In this document: in pieces, positions 10,905-20,246 of the stretch
How positions within the stretch are numbered: position 1 is the stretch's first letter
Layout: each line of letters starts with the position of its first letter
Origin: an uncultured delta proteobacterium
GTDB lineage: Bacteria; Myxococcota_A; Polyangia; Polyangiales; Polyangiaceae
Assembly: GCA_963850305.1 (NCBI GenBank)
Contig: CAWKKR010000007.1
Span: 448,001 to 512,000 of the forward strand
Length of the DNA stretch: 64,000 nucleotides
Reading direction: 5' to 3'
Notes under the pieces: generated by a model
What the model saw: the letters and a program-made list of their open reading frames with translations, nothing else
Database searches by the model: none
Told to the model about the DNA's origin: nothing
Translations under genes and position numbers: made by a program

Positions 10905-12335
10905 TCAGTGGCCCCGCGCGATGCGGATCCCGTGTTCCAGCCGCGCGAGCGCCGTCTCGCGACCGAGCACGGCCATGACGTCGAAGAGCCCGGGGCTCGC
11001 TTTTCTCCCCGTGAGCGCGACGCGCACCGGCTGGGCGAGCTCCTTCATCTTGATCCCCGCGGTCTCGAGCCACGCCTTGGTGCGCGTCTCGAGCTCCTGT
11101 GCCGCGAAGGGTTCGACGGAAGCGCAGAGGTCCCGGAACGCCTCCAGGCGCTGCGCGGACTCCGGCGTCAGGAGCGGACGCGCCGCGTCGTCCAGGACCG
11201 GCGGCTCGCGGAAATAGAAGTCGAGCAGGTCCGCCGCTTCCACGAGCGTGTGGGCCCGGTCGCGAATGGTCGGGAGCGCCCGCGCGAGGCGAGCGCCGTC
11301 CACGTCCGTGATCCCGCGCGCGCCGAGGAACGGTGTCACGGAAGCGACATAATCGGCATCCGGAGTCAGCTCGGGGCGCTTCAAATGTTCGAACGCGACG
11401 TCGGCGAACTTCCTTTCGTCGAACTTACCGTCGCTCTTGCCGACCCGATCCCAGCTGAAGAGACGGACGAGTTCATCGCGGCTGAAGATTTCCTGGTCCC
11501 CGTAGGACCAGCCGAACCGGGCGAGGTAATTGAGGACGCCCATCGGCGTGAAGCCGCGTTCGCGGTAGTCCTGGACTCCGACCGACGCATTGCGCTTGCT
11601 GAGCTTGTCTCCCGTCGACGAGAGCATGAGCGGCAGATGGGCAAACTCGGGAGGCTCCCACCCGAGCGCGCGGTAGACGAGCACCTGCTGCGGCGTGTTG
11701 CCGACATGATCCCGACCGCGGGCCACCAGGGAAATGTCCATCATGTGGTCGTCGACGACCGCGGCGAAATTGTAGAGCGGAAACCCGTCCGAGCGCATCA
11801 GGACGAAGTCCGGTTGCTCCGAGTTCGGCGTGCTCACGACGCCGAACACCTTGTCCTTGAAGTCCGTCGAGCCGTCTCGAGGCGTCCGGAAGCGGATGAC
11901 GTGCGGCCTCGACGGATCCTTGCATTCCCGGAGCGGCCCCTTGAAGACGAACTCGCCCTTCGGGTTCTTCATCTTGAATTCGAGCCGCAGCCGCTCGAGC
12001 TCCTCCTTCGTCAAATCGCAGCGGTACGCCTTGCCGTCGCGGATGAGCAGCTCGCCGACCTCCCGGTAGAGCGCGCGCCGCTCGCTCTGGAAGTACGACC
12101 CCTTGGACCCACCCACCTCGGGCCCTTCGTCCCAGTCGAGCCCGAGCCAGCGCAGCGCGTCGAGGACCGCTCGTACGCTGTCGAGGCTCGACCGCTCCTG
12201 GTCCGTGTCCTCGATCCGGAGCACGAAAGTCCCGCCTTCTCTTCTCGCCCAGAGCCAGTTGAAGAGCGCCGTTCGAGCGCCGCCGATGTGCAGGTACCCG
12301 CTCGGTGACGGAGCGAAGCGGACGCGCAGAGCCAT
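10905..12335 (-). CDS. gltX: Glutamate--tRNA ligase
   Basis: RFAPSPSGYLHIGG, RIEDTD, KLSKR, RVALTG..SPGLF anticodon domain. Confidence 0.96.
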   Translation of the reverse strand: MALRVRFAPSPSGYLHIGGARTALFNWLWARREGGTFVLRIEDTDQERSSLDSVRAVLDALRWLGLDWDEGPEVGGSKGSYFQSERRALYREVGELLIRDGKAYRCDLTKEELERLRLEFKMKNPKGEFVFKGPLRECKDPSRPHVIRFRTPRDGSTDFKDKVFGVVSTPNSEQPDFVLMRSDGFPLYNFAAVVDDHMMDISLVARGRDHVGNTPQQVLVYRALGWEPPEFAHLPLMLSSTGDKLSKRNASVGVQDYRERGFTPMGVLNYLARFGWSYGDQEIFSRDELVRLFSWDRVGKSDGKFDERKFADVAFEHLKRPELTPDADYVASVTPFLGARGITDVDGARLARALPTIRDRAHTLVEAADLLDFYFREPPVLDDAARPLLTPESAQRLEAFRDLCASVEPFAAQELETRTKAWLETAGIKMKELAQPVRVALTGRKASPGLFDVMAVLGRETALARLEHGIRIARGH

Positions 12336-12410
12336 GGGGCGGCCGCGTACCATGCACGCGCGGAGGCGTCACGCGGCGACGAGAACGCGCCCCTCCCTCC
12401 GATGCTGAAC

Positions 12411-13046
12411 TCAGTTCAAATACACGACCGCACACCTGCAAAGGATGCTCGCCGGGCTGGTGGAGCATTGGGCAAATTGTCCGAACGCCTCTTCGCACGC
12501 GCCGCAGTTGGTGGCTGCCTCGACACACGAGCACTCGAACGGCACCTGCACGGTGCCGCCGTCGTTCACGAAGGAACCCTGCTTGCAGACGAAGGACTGC
12601 CCGGGCTCGCAATATTCGGCGGACGTTGGACGACTCGCGTCGCAAGAGCATCCGTACGAACCCTGCACGTCGTAGCCGGCCGGGGAGTAGCACGGGAGTT
12701 CCGCGCGAGAGCAGTCCCATTGAGCAGGAACGCAGGGGAGCAGGTCCGTTGGGGGGCCGGCGTCGATGGGATCCTCCAAGCCGCCGGTCGTCTGGATAGT
12801 CGACAGGTCGCCGTTGCCCCCATTGGACGGGACGAAGGCCTCCCCCCCAGAGCCGCCATTCGCGGTGAATACTGCGCTCCCCGCGACCCCGTCATGGCCT
12901 CCCGCGCCGAACGAATCGGGTGCACCCCCGGTATTCGATGCACTGCCGTCCCCATTCGCCTGCCCGACGATTCCGCCGCACCCGAGCGTCACGGTGCCGC
13001 CCATCAGGACGAGCGCGTGGAAAAGGGGATGACGACGTTCGCTCAT
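12411..13046 (-). CDS. Cys-rich lipoprotein, paralog A (211 aa)
   Basis: MSERRHPLFHALVLMGGTVTLGC lipobox; Gly-rich linker; 14-Cys C-domain; ATG overlaps the upstream TGA (ATGA). Confidence 0.8.
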   Translation of the reverse strand: MSERRHPLFHALVLMGGTVTLGCGGIVGQANGDGSASNTGGAPDSFGAGGHDGVAGSAVFTANGGSGGEAFVPSNGGNGDLSTIQTTGGLEDPIDAGPPTDLLPCVPAQWDCSRAELPCYSPAGYDVQGSYGCSCDASRPTSAEYCEPGQSFVCKQGSFVNDGGTVQVPFECSCVEAATNCGACEEAFGQFAQCSTSPASILCRCAVVYLN

Positions 13047-13729
13047 GCTGCCTGACCGAGATTCAGATGTTCGAGGCCGGGGCGAATCACCGACCCGAGC
13101 GCGTCGTCGAGGGCGGCGCGGAGCAGACGCGGCGTGAAGTAGCCGAAGGGCACGAGTTCCTCTCGTTCCTCGGTGTTGTCCCTGCAGCAGATGTGCGGAA
13201 GGAGCGCGAGCAGTTGCGGTATCGACGCCCGGAGCTCCTCCTTCTTTCGTGCGTCGAGGGTCGAGAGGTGCGCCCAGCAGGCCCGGCCGTGCTGGAGCTC
13301 GTCCGCCAGATGGCGCTGGTTCAACTTCCGTAGCGGCTCGGCGTCGATCGCGGGTCGCGCGTGTCGGAGGATGAAGCAGCCGACCGTCTCCGTGAAGCAG
13401 CAGAGCGTGATCCGGAGCAGCCGGTTCTCGGCGTCGCTTGCGCCCGGCAGGACGAAGGGACGCCCCTCGCGGGGACGGATCTCGCCGCAAGCATGACCGA
13501 ATCTTTCGGCCCAATCGCGACACCACAGCGCATGCCGATACTCATCCGCCACCGCGCGTTCGCCGAGCGCGATCACGGGCTCAGGCGACCCCTCCGCGCG
13601 AAGGTCCCCGAGAACGTGCTGCCAGCCGACCCATGAGGTCATTTCAGCCGCTGCGCGCTGCCACCAGTACGCGGCCACGAGGACTCGGCCTTCAGGGTCC
13701 AGCGAGTCCACCCCCTTGCCATCCTTCAT
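13043..13729 (-). CDS. Ferritin-like di-iron-carboxylate protein (228 aa)
   Basis: AAAE...DEYRH...FTE...DELQH four-helix ligand pattern; no signal peptide. Confidence 0.82.
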   Translation of the reverse strand: MKDGKGVDSLDPEGRVLVAAYWWQRAAAEMTSWVGWQHVLGDLRAEGSPEPVIALGERAVADEYRHALWCRDWAERFGHACGEIRPREGRPFVLPGASDAENRLLRITLCCFTETVGCFILRHARPAIDAEPLRKLNQRHLADELQHGRACWAHLSTLDARKKEELRASIPQLLALLPHICCRDNTEEREELVPFGYFTPRLLRAALDDALGSVIRPGLEHLNLGQAA

Positions 13730-13793
13730 GCGCTTCAGAGGATCCGTCCGGCGTGCCCGAAAAGCAAGCGTGCCTTCCGGATCGATGCCGAAC

Positions 13794-14420
13794 TCAGTGC
13801 AACAAGGAGATGTACACGCACCCACAAAGGATGCTCGTGGAGCTCGTGGAGCAACTGTAAGGTCGACAGACGCTGCAATCGGCGGGTCCTGCGACACACG
13901 AGCACTGGAACGGTATCTGCACGGTAATGCCGTCGCTCTCGAAGGCGCCCTGTTCGCAGACGAAGGACTTACCAGGTGGGCAATCGTCCGGAGAGCTTGG
14001 ACGTTCCGCATCGCAAACGCATCCGTACGCGCCCTGCACCAGGTAGCCAGCGGAGTAGTCGCACGCGAGCTGCGTCCTCGCACAGTCCCATTGCGCTGGA
14101 ACGCAGGGGAGCAGTTCAACTGGCGCGCCGCCGCCGTCGAGCAGGGCTGGCCCCTTCCCACCGGTTCCCGGCAGAGTCGACAGCCCGCCGCTGCCTCCCG
14201 CGAGGAGAGCCGGCTCGCCCCCGGCGCCGCCAGCTCCCGTGAATGCGGGACTGCCGCCGCTCCCGGCGCCGCCGCCGTTGGCGAATGAATCCGCTGCGCC
14301 CCCCGTGTCCGCCGCACTGCCGTCGCCGCTCGCCTGTCCGACGATTCCGCCGCACCCGAGCGCCACGGTGCCTCCCATCAAGACGAGCGCGTGAAAAAAG
14401 GGATGACGGGGTTCGTTCAT
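13794..14420 (-). CDS. Cys-rich lipoprotein, paralog B (208 aa)
   Basis: MNEPRHPFFHALVLMGGTVALGC; all 14 C-domain Cys align with paralog A. Confidence 0.8.
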   Translation of the reverse strand: MNEPRHPFFHALVLMGGTVALGCGGIVGQASGDGSAADTGGAADSFANGGGAGSGGSPAFTGAGGAGGEPALLAGGSGGLSTLPGTGGKGPALLDGGGAPVELLPCVPAQWDCARTQLACDYSAGYLVQGAYGCVCDAERPSSPDDCPPGKSFVCEQGAFESDGITVQIPFQCSCVAGPADCSVCRPYSCSTSSTSILCGCVYISLLH

Positions 14421-14452
14421 GCTGCCGAGCCCGACCCCTTGCCAGTCACCAT
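14417..14452 (-). pseudogene. 11-codon remnant (MVTGKGSGSAA) of a deleted second ferritin-like gene copy
   Basis: Start resembles the ferritin start (MKDGKG); end matches GCAGCATGA; upstream 40 nt are 34/40 identical to the ferritin upstream region. Confidence 0.75.
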
Positions 14453-14497
14453 GCGCTTCACAGAATCCGTCCAGCTTGCCGGGAAAGCAAGCGACCC

Positions 14498-15424
14498 TCA
14501 GCCGTTCCCGGGCACGACGCGCAGGGTCATGGCGTCGAGGCGCTGCCCGCCGACGGTGCCGGCGCCGAAGTCCAGGGTCCGGATGGGGAAGGGGAACGTG
14601 ATGCCTTCGCGGTCGAAGGCCTTCTTGATCGCGATCATCGCCTCCGAGCGTGCCGCGAGATACGCGGGCTGAGTCGAGTCCATCAGCCAGATGCGCAAGT
14701 CGAAGTTGATCGAGCTGTCGCCGAACGAGGCGAAGAACAGCTCGGGTTCGCGCCCCGGGTCCCGCTTGGGCACGTCGCGAACGGCGGCGAGCACGGTGCT
14801 TCGCACCTTTTCCATGTCGTCCGCGTAGCTCGCACCCATCGAGAGATCCATCCGTCGATGGGCGGTGCGCGTATAGTTGATGATGGGATTCTGGAACACC
14901 GCCTTGTTGGGCACCAGGATGCTGAGCCCGTCGAGCGTTTCGACCTCGGTTGCGCGGAGCTCGATGCGGATCACCCGGCATTTCTTGTCCGCTATCTCCA
15001 CGAGGTCGCCGACCTCGAAGGGCCGGTAGAGCGCCATGATGAACCCGGACATGAAGTTCGCTGCGATATCCTGGAACGCGAAGCCGAGCGCCAAACCGAG
15101 GACGCCCACGCCGGCCAGGACGGAGGTGACCGTCTTGTCGAGGTGTAATAGCCCCAGCGCCCACAGCCCCGTCACCGCGAGGAGGCCGATCCGGCCCAGC
15201 GAGCCGAGTAACCTACTGATCGGTTCGTTGCCGGTCACGCGCTTGAGCGCGGACTCGACGACACGCTGAGCCCAGCGAGAAATGACCAGTCCAATTGCCA
15301 GGATCAGCCCCGCCAGGACGAGGTTCGGCAGCATGACGACTAAGTCCCGAAGCCAGGTCTCGAGCTTCTGGAACAGTTGTTCTGCGAGAGAGGTGATCTC
15401 CGTAACGTGCAGCTTTGCCATCAT
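14498..15424 (-). CDS. Small-conductance mechanosensitive channel (MscS family)
   Basis: GLALGFAFQDIAANFMSG, RPFEVGD, VPN, GITFPFP. Confidence 0.92.
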   Translation of the reverse strand: MMAKLHVTEITSLAEQLFQKLETWLRDLVVMLPNLVLAGLILAIGLVISRWAQRVVESALKRVTGNEPISRLLGSLGRIGLLAVTGLWALGLLHLDKTVTSVLAGVGVLGLALGFAFQDIAANFMSGFIMALYRPFEVGDLVEIADKKCRVIRIELRATEVETLDGLSILVPNKAVFQNPIINYTRTAHRRMDLSMGASYADDMEKVRSTVLAAVRDVPKRDPGREPELFFASFGDSSINFDLRIWLMDSTQPAYLAARSEAMIAIKKAFDREGITFPFPIRTLDFGAGTVGGQRLDAMTLRVVPGNG

Positions 15425-15469
15425 CCAACTGATTTATCAGGGCCGCCGCTGGCAATCGAGAGGCACGCA

Positions 15470-16216
15470 ATGCTTTACGAGCGAGCGGTAGAAATCGAGC
15501 TTGGCGCCGCCGCCGTGACGTTCGTGGCGTCGATGTTCGTCGTCGCGCCTTATGGTCGGCACGTTCGCGATGGATGGGGGCCGAGCGTGTCCGCGCGGCG
15601 CGCCTGGATGGTCATGGAAACGCCCGCCGTGCTGGGCGTCGCGGCGCTGTTCGCCCTGGGTCGTAACCGAACGAGTCCCGTGGCGCTCTCGATGCTCTGC
15701 TTGTGGCTACTCCACTACGTGAGGCGAGCGTGGATCTATCCGGCGCGCATGACCGTCAACAACAAGCCCATGCCCATCCTGGTCGTTGCTCTGGCCGTCG
15801 CCTTCAACTCGCTGAACGCCGTCGTCAACGGTGGCTGGATCTCGGACGTCGGAGTGTATCCGGCGTCGTGGTTCGGCGACGGCCGGTTCCTGGTCGGGAC
15901 GGCTCTCTTCCTGATCGGTTTCGGCGTGAACGTGAAGGCAGACGCGATCCTCGTGCGTCTCCGATCACCGGGCGACCGCGCGTATCACGTGCCCCACGGG
16001 TGGCTGTACCAACGGATCTCCTGCCCGAATTATTTCGGCGAAATGGTCGAATGGCTGGGCTGGGCCATTCTCACGTGGTCCCTCGCGGGCGCCGCATTCG
16101 CGCTCTACACGGCCGCAAACCTCGTGCCCCGGGCGCTCGCCCATCACCGCTGGTATCGCGCCCATTTTCCGGACTACCCGAGTACGCGCAAAGCCGTCAT
16201 CCCCGGCTTGCTGTGA
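15470..16216 (+). CDS. 3-oxo-5-alpha-steroid 4-dehydrogenase (SRD5A-like) membrane reductase
   Basis: APYGRH, AWMVMETP, LHYVRRA, ISCPNYFGEMVEWLGW, RALAHHRWY, RKAVIP. Confidence 0.88.
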   Translation: MLYERAVEIELGAAAVTFVASMFVVAPYGRHVRDGWGPSVSARRAWMVMETPAVLGVAALFALGRNRTSPVALSMLCLWLLHYVRRAWIYPARMTVNNKPMPILVVALAVAFNSLNAVVNGGWISDVGVYPASWFGDGRFLVGTALFLIGFGVNVKADAILVRLRSPGDRAYHVPHGWLYQRISCPNYFGEMVEWLGWAILTWSLAGAAFALYTAANLVPRALAHHRWYRAHFPDYPSTRKAVIPGLL

Positions 16217-16238
16217 CCGGGACGGGGCGCGTCGGACG

Positions 16239-17141
16239 CTACTTCGCTGCCGGTAACGCGACGAGCTCGTCGATATTCGGCTGGAGAGCGATCTCGATGC
16301 GGCGGTTCTTGGCGCGGCCGGCGGGGTCGTCGTTCGACGCGATGGGATCGAACTCGCCGTAACCGGCGGCAGAGAGCACCTCACCCGGGAGACCGAGCCC
16401 CACGAGAAAGCGCACGACCGCGACGGCCCGCTCCGTCGAGAGCTCCCAGTTGGAGGGGAATCGCGCGGTCTGGATCGGAACGTTGTCGGTGTATCCGGCG
16501 ACCTGAAAACGCCGGCCGGTGATGGTCTTCAGGACGTCGGCGACCTCGGTGAGCGCGCGCTGCCCTTCCGGCTTGATCGCGATCTGTCCGGAATCGAAGA
16601 GCACGTCGTTCGCAAGCTGGATCACCATCCGTCCGTTGCGCAAGGTGACCTTGAGCTGCCCGGCGTCGATCATGTGCTGGAACTTCGCCGCGAGCTGGCG
16701 GAACAGAGCGGCTCTCGCGTCCGCGGCCGCCTGCGCTTTTCGCAGCTCCTCGAGCCGCGCCTTTGCGTCGGCGAGGGCCGTCGCGAGCGTTCCCTTCTCG
16801 GCGAGCAAAGCGTCCGCGTTCTTGCCGAGCCGCTCGAGCTCCGCTCGTAGCTCTTGATTCACGGCCGTCGCATCGTCGAGCTTCGCCTGCAGATCGTGCT
16901 CATCGACCTGGGCCTGCGCGAGTCCGCGATCGCGTTCGTCCGCCAGCGCCTGCACGGTTGCGAGCGACGCATTCAGTTGGTCGATCGCGGCGTGTGCAGC
17001 CGCATCATCCGTCGCGCATTTGCTGGCGGCCGCGTGCGCTGCGGTCGCATCGCGCACGCTCTCGTCGTATCTCCCCTTGGGCACGCAGCCGAGGAACGCG
17101 ACGGCTGCTAGCAGCGGAATGAAGGGTCTGGCGCTCGACAT
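16239..17141 (-). CDS. OmpA/MotB-family lipoprotein with coiled coil
   Basis: FLGC lipobox; LFDSG, GYTDNVP, NWELSTERA, NRRIEI. Confidence 0.9.
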   Translation of the reverse strand: MSSARPFIPLLAAVAFLGCVPKGRYDESVRDATAAHAAASKCATDDAAAHAAIDQLNASLATVQALADERDRGLAQAQVDEHDLQAKLDDATAVNQELRAELERLGKNADALLAEKGTLATALADAKARLEELRKAQAAADARAALFRQLAAKFQHMIDAGQLKVTLRNGRMVIQLANDVLFDSGQIAIKPEGQRALTEVADVLKTITGRRFQVAGYTDNVPIQTARFPSNWELSTERAVAVVRFLVGLGLPGEVLSAAGYGEFDPIASNDDPAGRAKNRRIEIALQPNIDELVALPAAK

Positions 17142-17438
17142 CGCGCGGACCGTATCACGCGGCCCCGACGATGCTTCCGTTCCAGTCCTGCTGTCCGCCG
17201 GACTCCGCCGATGCTCGGCGGACACGCTCCAGGTCGAGTCTGCCGTGCCCGCGCGTTCACGGAACGTCTGGAGTCTTTGCCGGTGTTCGGTCCCGCACTC
17301 GCCCGCGCGCGATTCGCGAGTCGGCGGTGCCGAGCGAACACGCGCCCGCGAGACGGCGATCCGGGATTCCCACTGATTGGTTTCGCCCTTGCTGGAACGC
17401 GGATGCCGGCCGAGCGCGCCGGGATTCTCGAACAGCGC

Positions 17439-18290
17439 TCACGGTTTCACGAACTCGAGGACGAAGCGATCGCTCGTTCCGCGGCGCGCACCGGCCTCGC
17501 GCGGAGACGTGCTCCAGTCCCGGGTGTCCGCGGGGTTGCGCAGGAAGTCCGCTTCTTTGACGAACTCGAAGCCCGCGTGCTCCACCTCTTCGCGGACGAC
17601 CGGTTCGTCGATCCGGTGCAGCGTCTGGACGTCGGTGAGGCCCGCGCCCACCCGACTGCTGTGGTCGACGATGCCGTAGATGCCGCCGGGCCGGAGCGCG
17701 TCGAACACGGCGCGATTCATCTTGGCTCGGTCGACCTTCTGCCAGACCGTGTCGTGGTAAAAAAGGACGATCAGGACCGCGTCGAGATTGCGGACCGTCG
17801 GGGGAAACGGATCGTCGAACTCCCGGTCGAGGCGCACCACGTTTTTCATGGCCGGCTCCGTGAGCCGCGCGCTCCACGGCTTCTCGGCGAAGCGCCCGAG
17901 GATCCACTTCGAGTTCTGACCATAGACGGTGCCAGTCGGGCCGACGACGCGAGCCAGAGCTTCCGAGGTGTAGCCGCCGCCCGCGCCGAGCTCCGCGACC
18001 TTCATCCCGGGGGCGATGCCGAAGAAGGCGAGCATCTCGGCCGGGTGGCGTCCGGGGTCGAGCTGCCGGTCGTCAGCGCTACGCTCGGGAGTGTCCAGCG
18101 AGTGCTGGATGGCCGCGACGTCGCCGGCTGGCGGGGTCGGCGCCGGGCTCGCGGAGGCGGATGTGAGGGCGGCCACCGGCGCGGCAGCGGACGGGGTGGG
18201 CGACGGGGCAGCAGCAGGGGGCGGCGTGCTTCCGCCGCAAGCGGGAACCAGGAGGAGCAGGAGCGCAGTACGAGCCAAAACAGGCGTCAT
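17439..18290 (-). CDS. Predicted SAM-dependent methyltransferase lipoprotein
   Basis: PACGG lipobox; RHPAEMLAF, ELGAGGGYT, YHD, LRPGG, VDH, HRID. Confidence 0.85.
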   Translation of the reverse strand: MTPVLARTALLLLLVPACGGSTPPPAAAPSPTPSAAAPVAALTSASASPAPTPPAGDVAAIQHSLDTPERSADDRQLDPGRHPAEMLAFFGIAPGMKVAELGAGGGYTSEALARVVGPTGTVYGQNSKWILGRFAEKPWSARLTEPAMKNVVRLDREFDDPFPPTVRNLDAVLIVLFYHDTVWQKVDRAKMNRAVFDALRPGGIYGIVDHSSRVGAGLTDVQTLHRIDEPVVREEVEHAGFEFVKEADFLRNPADTRDWSTSPREAGARRGTSDRFVLEFVKP

Positions 18291-18378
18291 CGGCGCTACG
18301 TATCACAACGCACGGCGCGGCTCCTCGCGGCCGGTCTTGCGCGGGCGGGCCGCCGTTGGTACTAAGGCGCCCCTCGTC

Positions 18379-18829
18379 ATGAAAACCTCGCCCCTTCAAG
18401 CCCTGAAATCGCGCTTCGGTGAGAAGCAGAAGCTCGTGGACGCCGTGAAGGCGCTGACGACGGACGATTCTCTGGCTCGACCGGGTGAACGGCGAAAAGG
18501 GGCTCGCGCACGTCTCGAACGCCAAGCTCCTCCGGCTCCACGACACGCTGTCGGCCGTGAAGAAGGATTTCGGCAGTCGCGCGAAGCTCATTGACTCGAT
18601 CCTCGCGCTCTCGAAGCGGCCGAAGGACGCTGGCCTGCGCGGACGGCTGGAATCGTTCCCGACGCCGCGCCTCGTCGATCTGCAATCGAGCGCCGCACGC
18701 CAGGCGAAAGCGGCGGAGCGCACGGCCAAGACCGCTGCCCCCAAGGCCGCGCCGACGAAGAAGCCCGCCCGCTCCAAGAAGGCGAAAGCCAAGGCCGCCA
18801 CGGGCGTGCCGAAGGCGAAGAAGAAGTAA
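18379..18829 (+). CDS. Small basic protein with Lys/Ala-rich tail (apparent +1 frameshift ~18468)
   Basis: MKTSPLQ... joins ...NGEKGLAHVSNAKLLRL after removing one T; 150 codons. Confidence 0.7.
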
Positions 18830-18918
18830 ACGAGGAAGCCCGACCTGGGGGGTTCGTCCGGAGCTCAGGGCCCCACCGGTCGGCGCGGTCACTGCCGCGC
18901 AGCCGCTCGACGCCGCGA

Positions 18919-19422
18919 TCAGAGGCCCTTTTCTTTGATCCAGCGGTTCGTGAATTCGGCGGCCTTGTCGTAGCTCGCCTTCACTTCGCCCACGATCCGG
19001 CTCTCGATCATGCCGCCGATGCCGAAGACCTTGGCGACGACGCTGGTCTCGTAGATGCGCCGGCATTTTCCGTCGCCCGCCGGCTGGGTGTACATGTTGC
19101 CGCCGATGGTCAGCTTGCCCTGGAGCACGCTCGGCTCCACGACGATTTTCATCCTCTTGGCGGCCCGGTCGAACGAGCCGCGCTCGCGATAGCCGGCGCC
19201 GCCCTCCACGAGCTTCTTGAGCGGACCCGGCAAATCCCCGATCTTGGGCACGACGTCCACGACGCGCTCGACGCGCGCGCCGCTGTCTTCCAGGCTGACG
19301 AGCTTCCACGAATCGAAGGCCAGGACCTTCAAAAATAGCTCGTGATTGAACTCGGGGTCGAAGAACACTTTCCAGAAAGTGTCGTCGGTGCAATTCAGGG
19401 TGTGTTCTATGCGGGCGTCCAT
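18919..19422 (-). CDS. DUF2505-like (START/SRPBCC-like) protein
   Basis: RIEHT...FWKVFFDPEF N-terminus; VFGIGGMIESRI C-terminus. Confidence 0.7.
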   Translation of the reverse strand: MDARIEHTLNCTDDTFWKVFFDPEFNHELFLKVLAFDSWKLVSLEDSGARVERVVDVVPKIGDLPGPLKKLVEGGAGYRERGSFDRAAKRMKIVVEPSVLQGKLTIGGNMYTQPAGDGKCRRIYETSVVAKVFGIGGMIESRIVGEVKASYDKAAEFTNRWIKEKGL

Positions 19423-19451
19423 GGGCGGGAGAGTAGAGTAGAGTTTTTTTC

Positions 19452-20165
19452 GTGTCCCTCGAAAACGGCGTCGTCCGCGGACCTCGGCCGTCTTGGATGA
19501 CTCAATCGGTCATCCTCTTGAAGAAGGACGTGCTGATCGAGCTCCGGACCGGCGAGATCCTCGTGACGAGCGGCTTCTTCGCCGTTCTCGTCGTCGTGCT
19601 CGGCTCGCTGTCTTTCTATATCGGACCGGATACGCGGGCCCAGGTCGCGGCCGGGGTCATCTGGCTAGCCGTAGCATTTTCGGCGGTGCTCGGGCTCGGA
19701 CGCCTGTGGCAACGCGAGCGTGACGAGGGGGCGCTCGAGGGGATCCTGTCGGCACCGGTGCACCGCGGCGCGATCTTCGCCGGCAAGACTGCGAGCCTCG
19801 TTCTGTTTCTCTTGCTCATCGAAGCCGTCGTGATCCCGCTGTCGGCGCTTTTCTTCGCGCTCGACCTCGCGGAGGTCGGGCCCGGGCTCGTCGCGATCGC
19901 CGTGTTCACGACGCCCGGAATCGCTGCGGCGGGGACCCTGTTCGGCGCGATGACCGCGCGTACCCAGGCGCGCGATCTGGTGCTTGCCGTCGTCCTGTTT
20001 CCACTCCTCTCGCCGACACTCATCACGGCCGTCGTTGCAACGCGCGAGCTGCTGGGTGGCGCGGCATTCGGAGAGCTCGGGGACTATTTCCGGATCCTGG
20101 GCGTCTTCGACGTCGCGTTCGTGGCGGGCGGGCTCGGGCTCTTCGGGACACTGGTCGACGGCTGA
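19452..20165 (+). CDS. ccmB: Heme exporter protein B
   Basis: KKDVLIELR, WQRERDEGALEG, LLFPL-type motif (VLFPLLSP), multiple TM helices. Confidence 0.88.
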   Translation: MSLENGVVRGPRPSWMTQSVILLKKDVLIELRTGEILVTSGFFAVLVVVLGSLSFYIGPDTRAQVAAGVIWLAVAFSAVLGLGRLWQRERDEGALEGILSAPVHRGAIFAGKTASLVLFLLLIEAVVIPLSALFFALDLAEVGPGLVAIAVFTTPGIAAAGTLFGAMTARTQARDLVLAVVLFPLLSPTLITAVVATRELLGGAAFGELGDYFRILGVFDVAFVAGGLGLFGTLVDG

Positions 20166-20246
20166 GGTGACTATCGTGCGGACTTTCCCGCGGATGCCCC
20201 GCGGGTTCGACCGAGGGCCGCCTCCGGTGTAGGGTTGATTTTGGTC

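Noticed and set aside
17280..17345. Nested inverted repeats (GTGTTCG/CGAACAC, ACTCGC/GCGAGT) upstream of the OmpA/MotB gene
   Set aside because: Short stems, no second copy and no known motif; not enough support.
19452..20165. ccmB without adjacent ccmA/ccmC
   Set aside because: ccm genes can be dispersed; nothing here indicates a different function.
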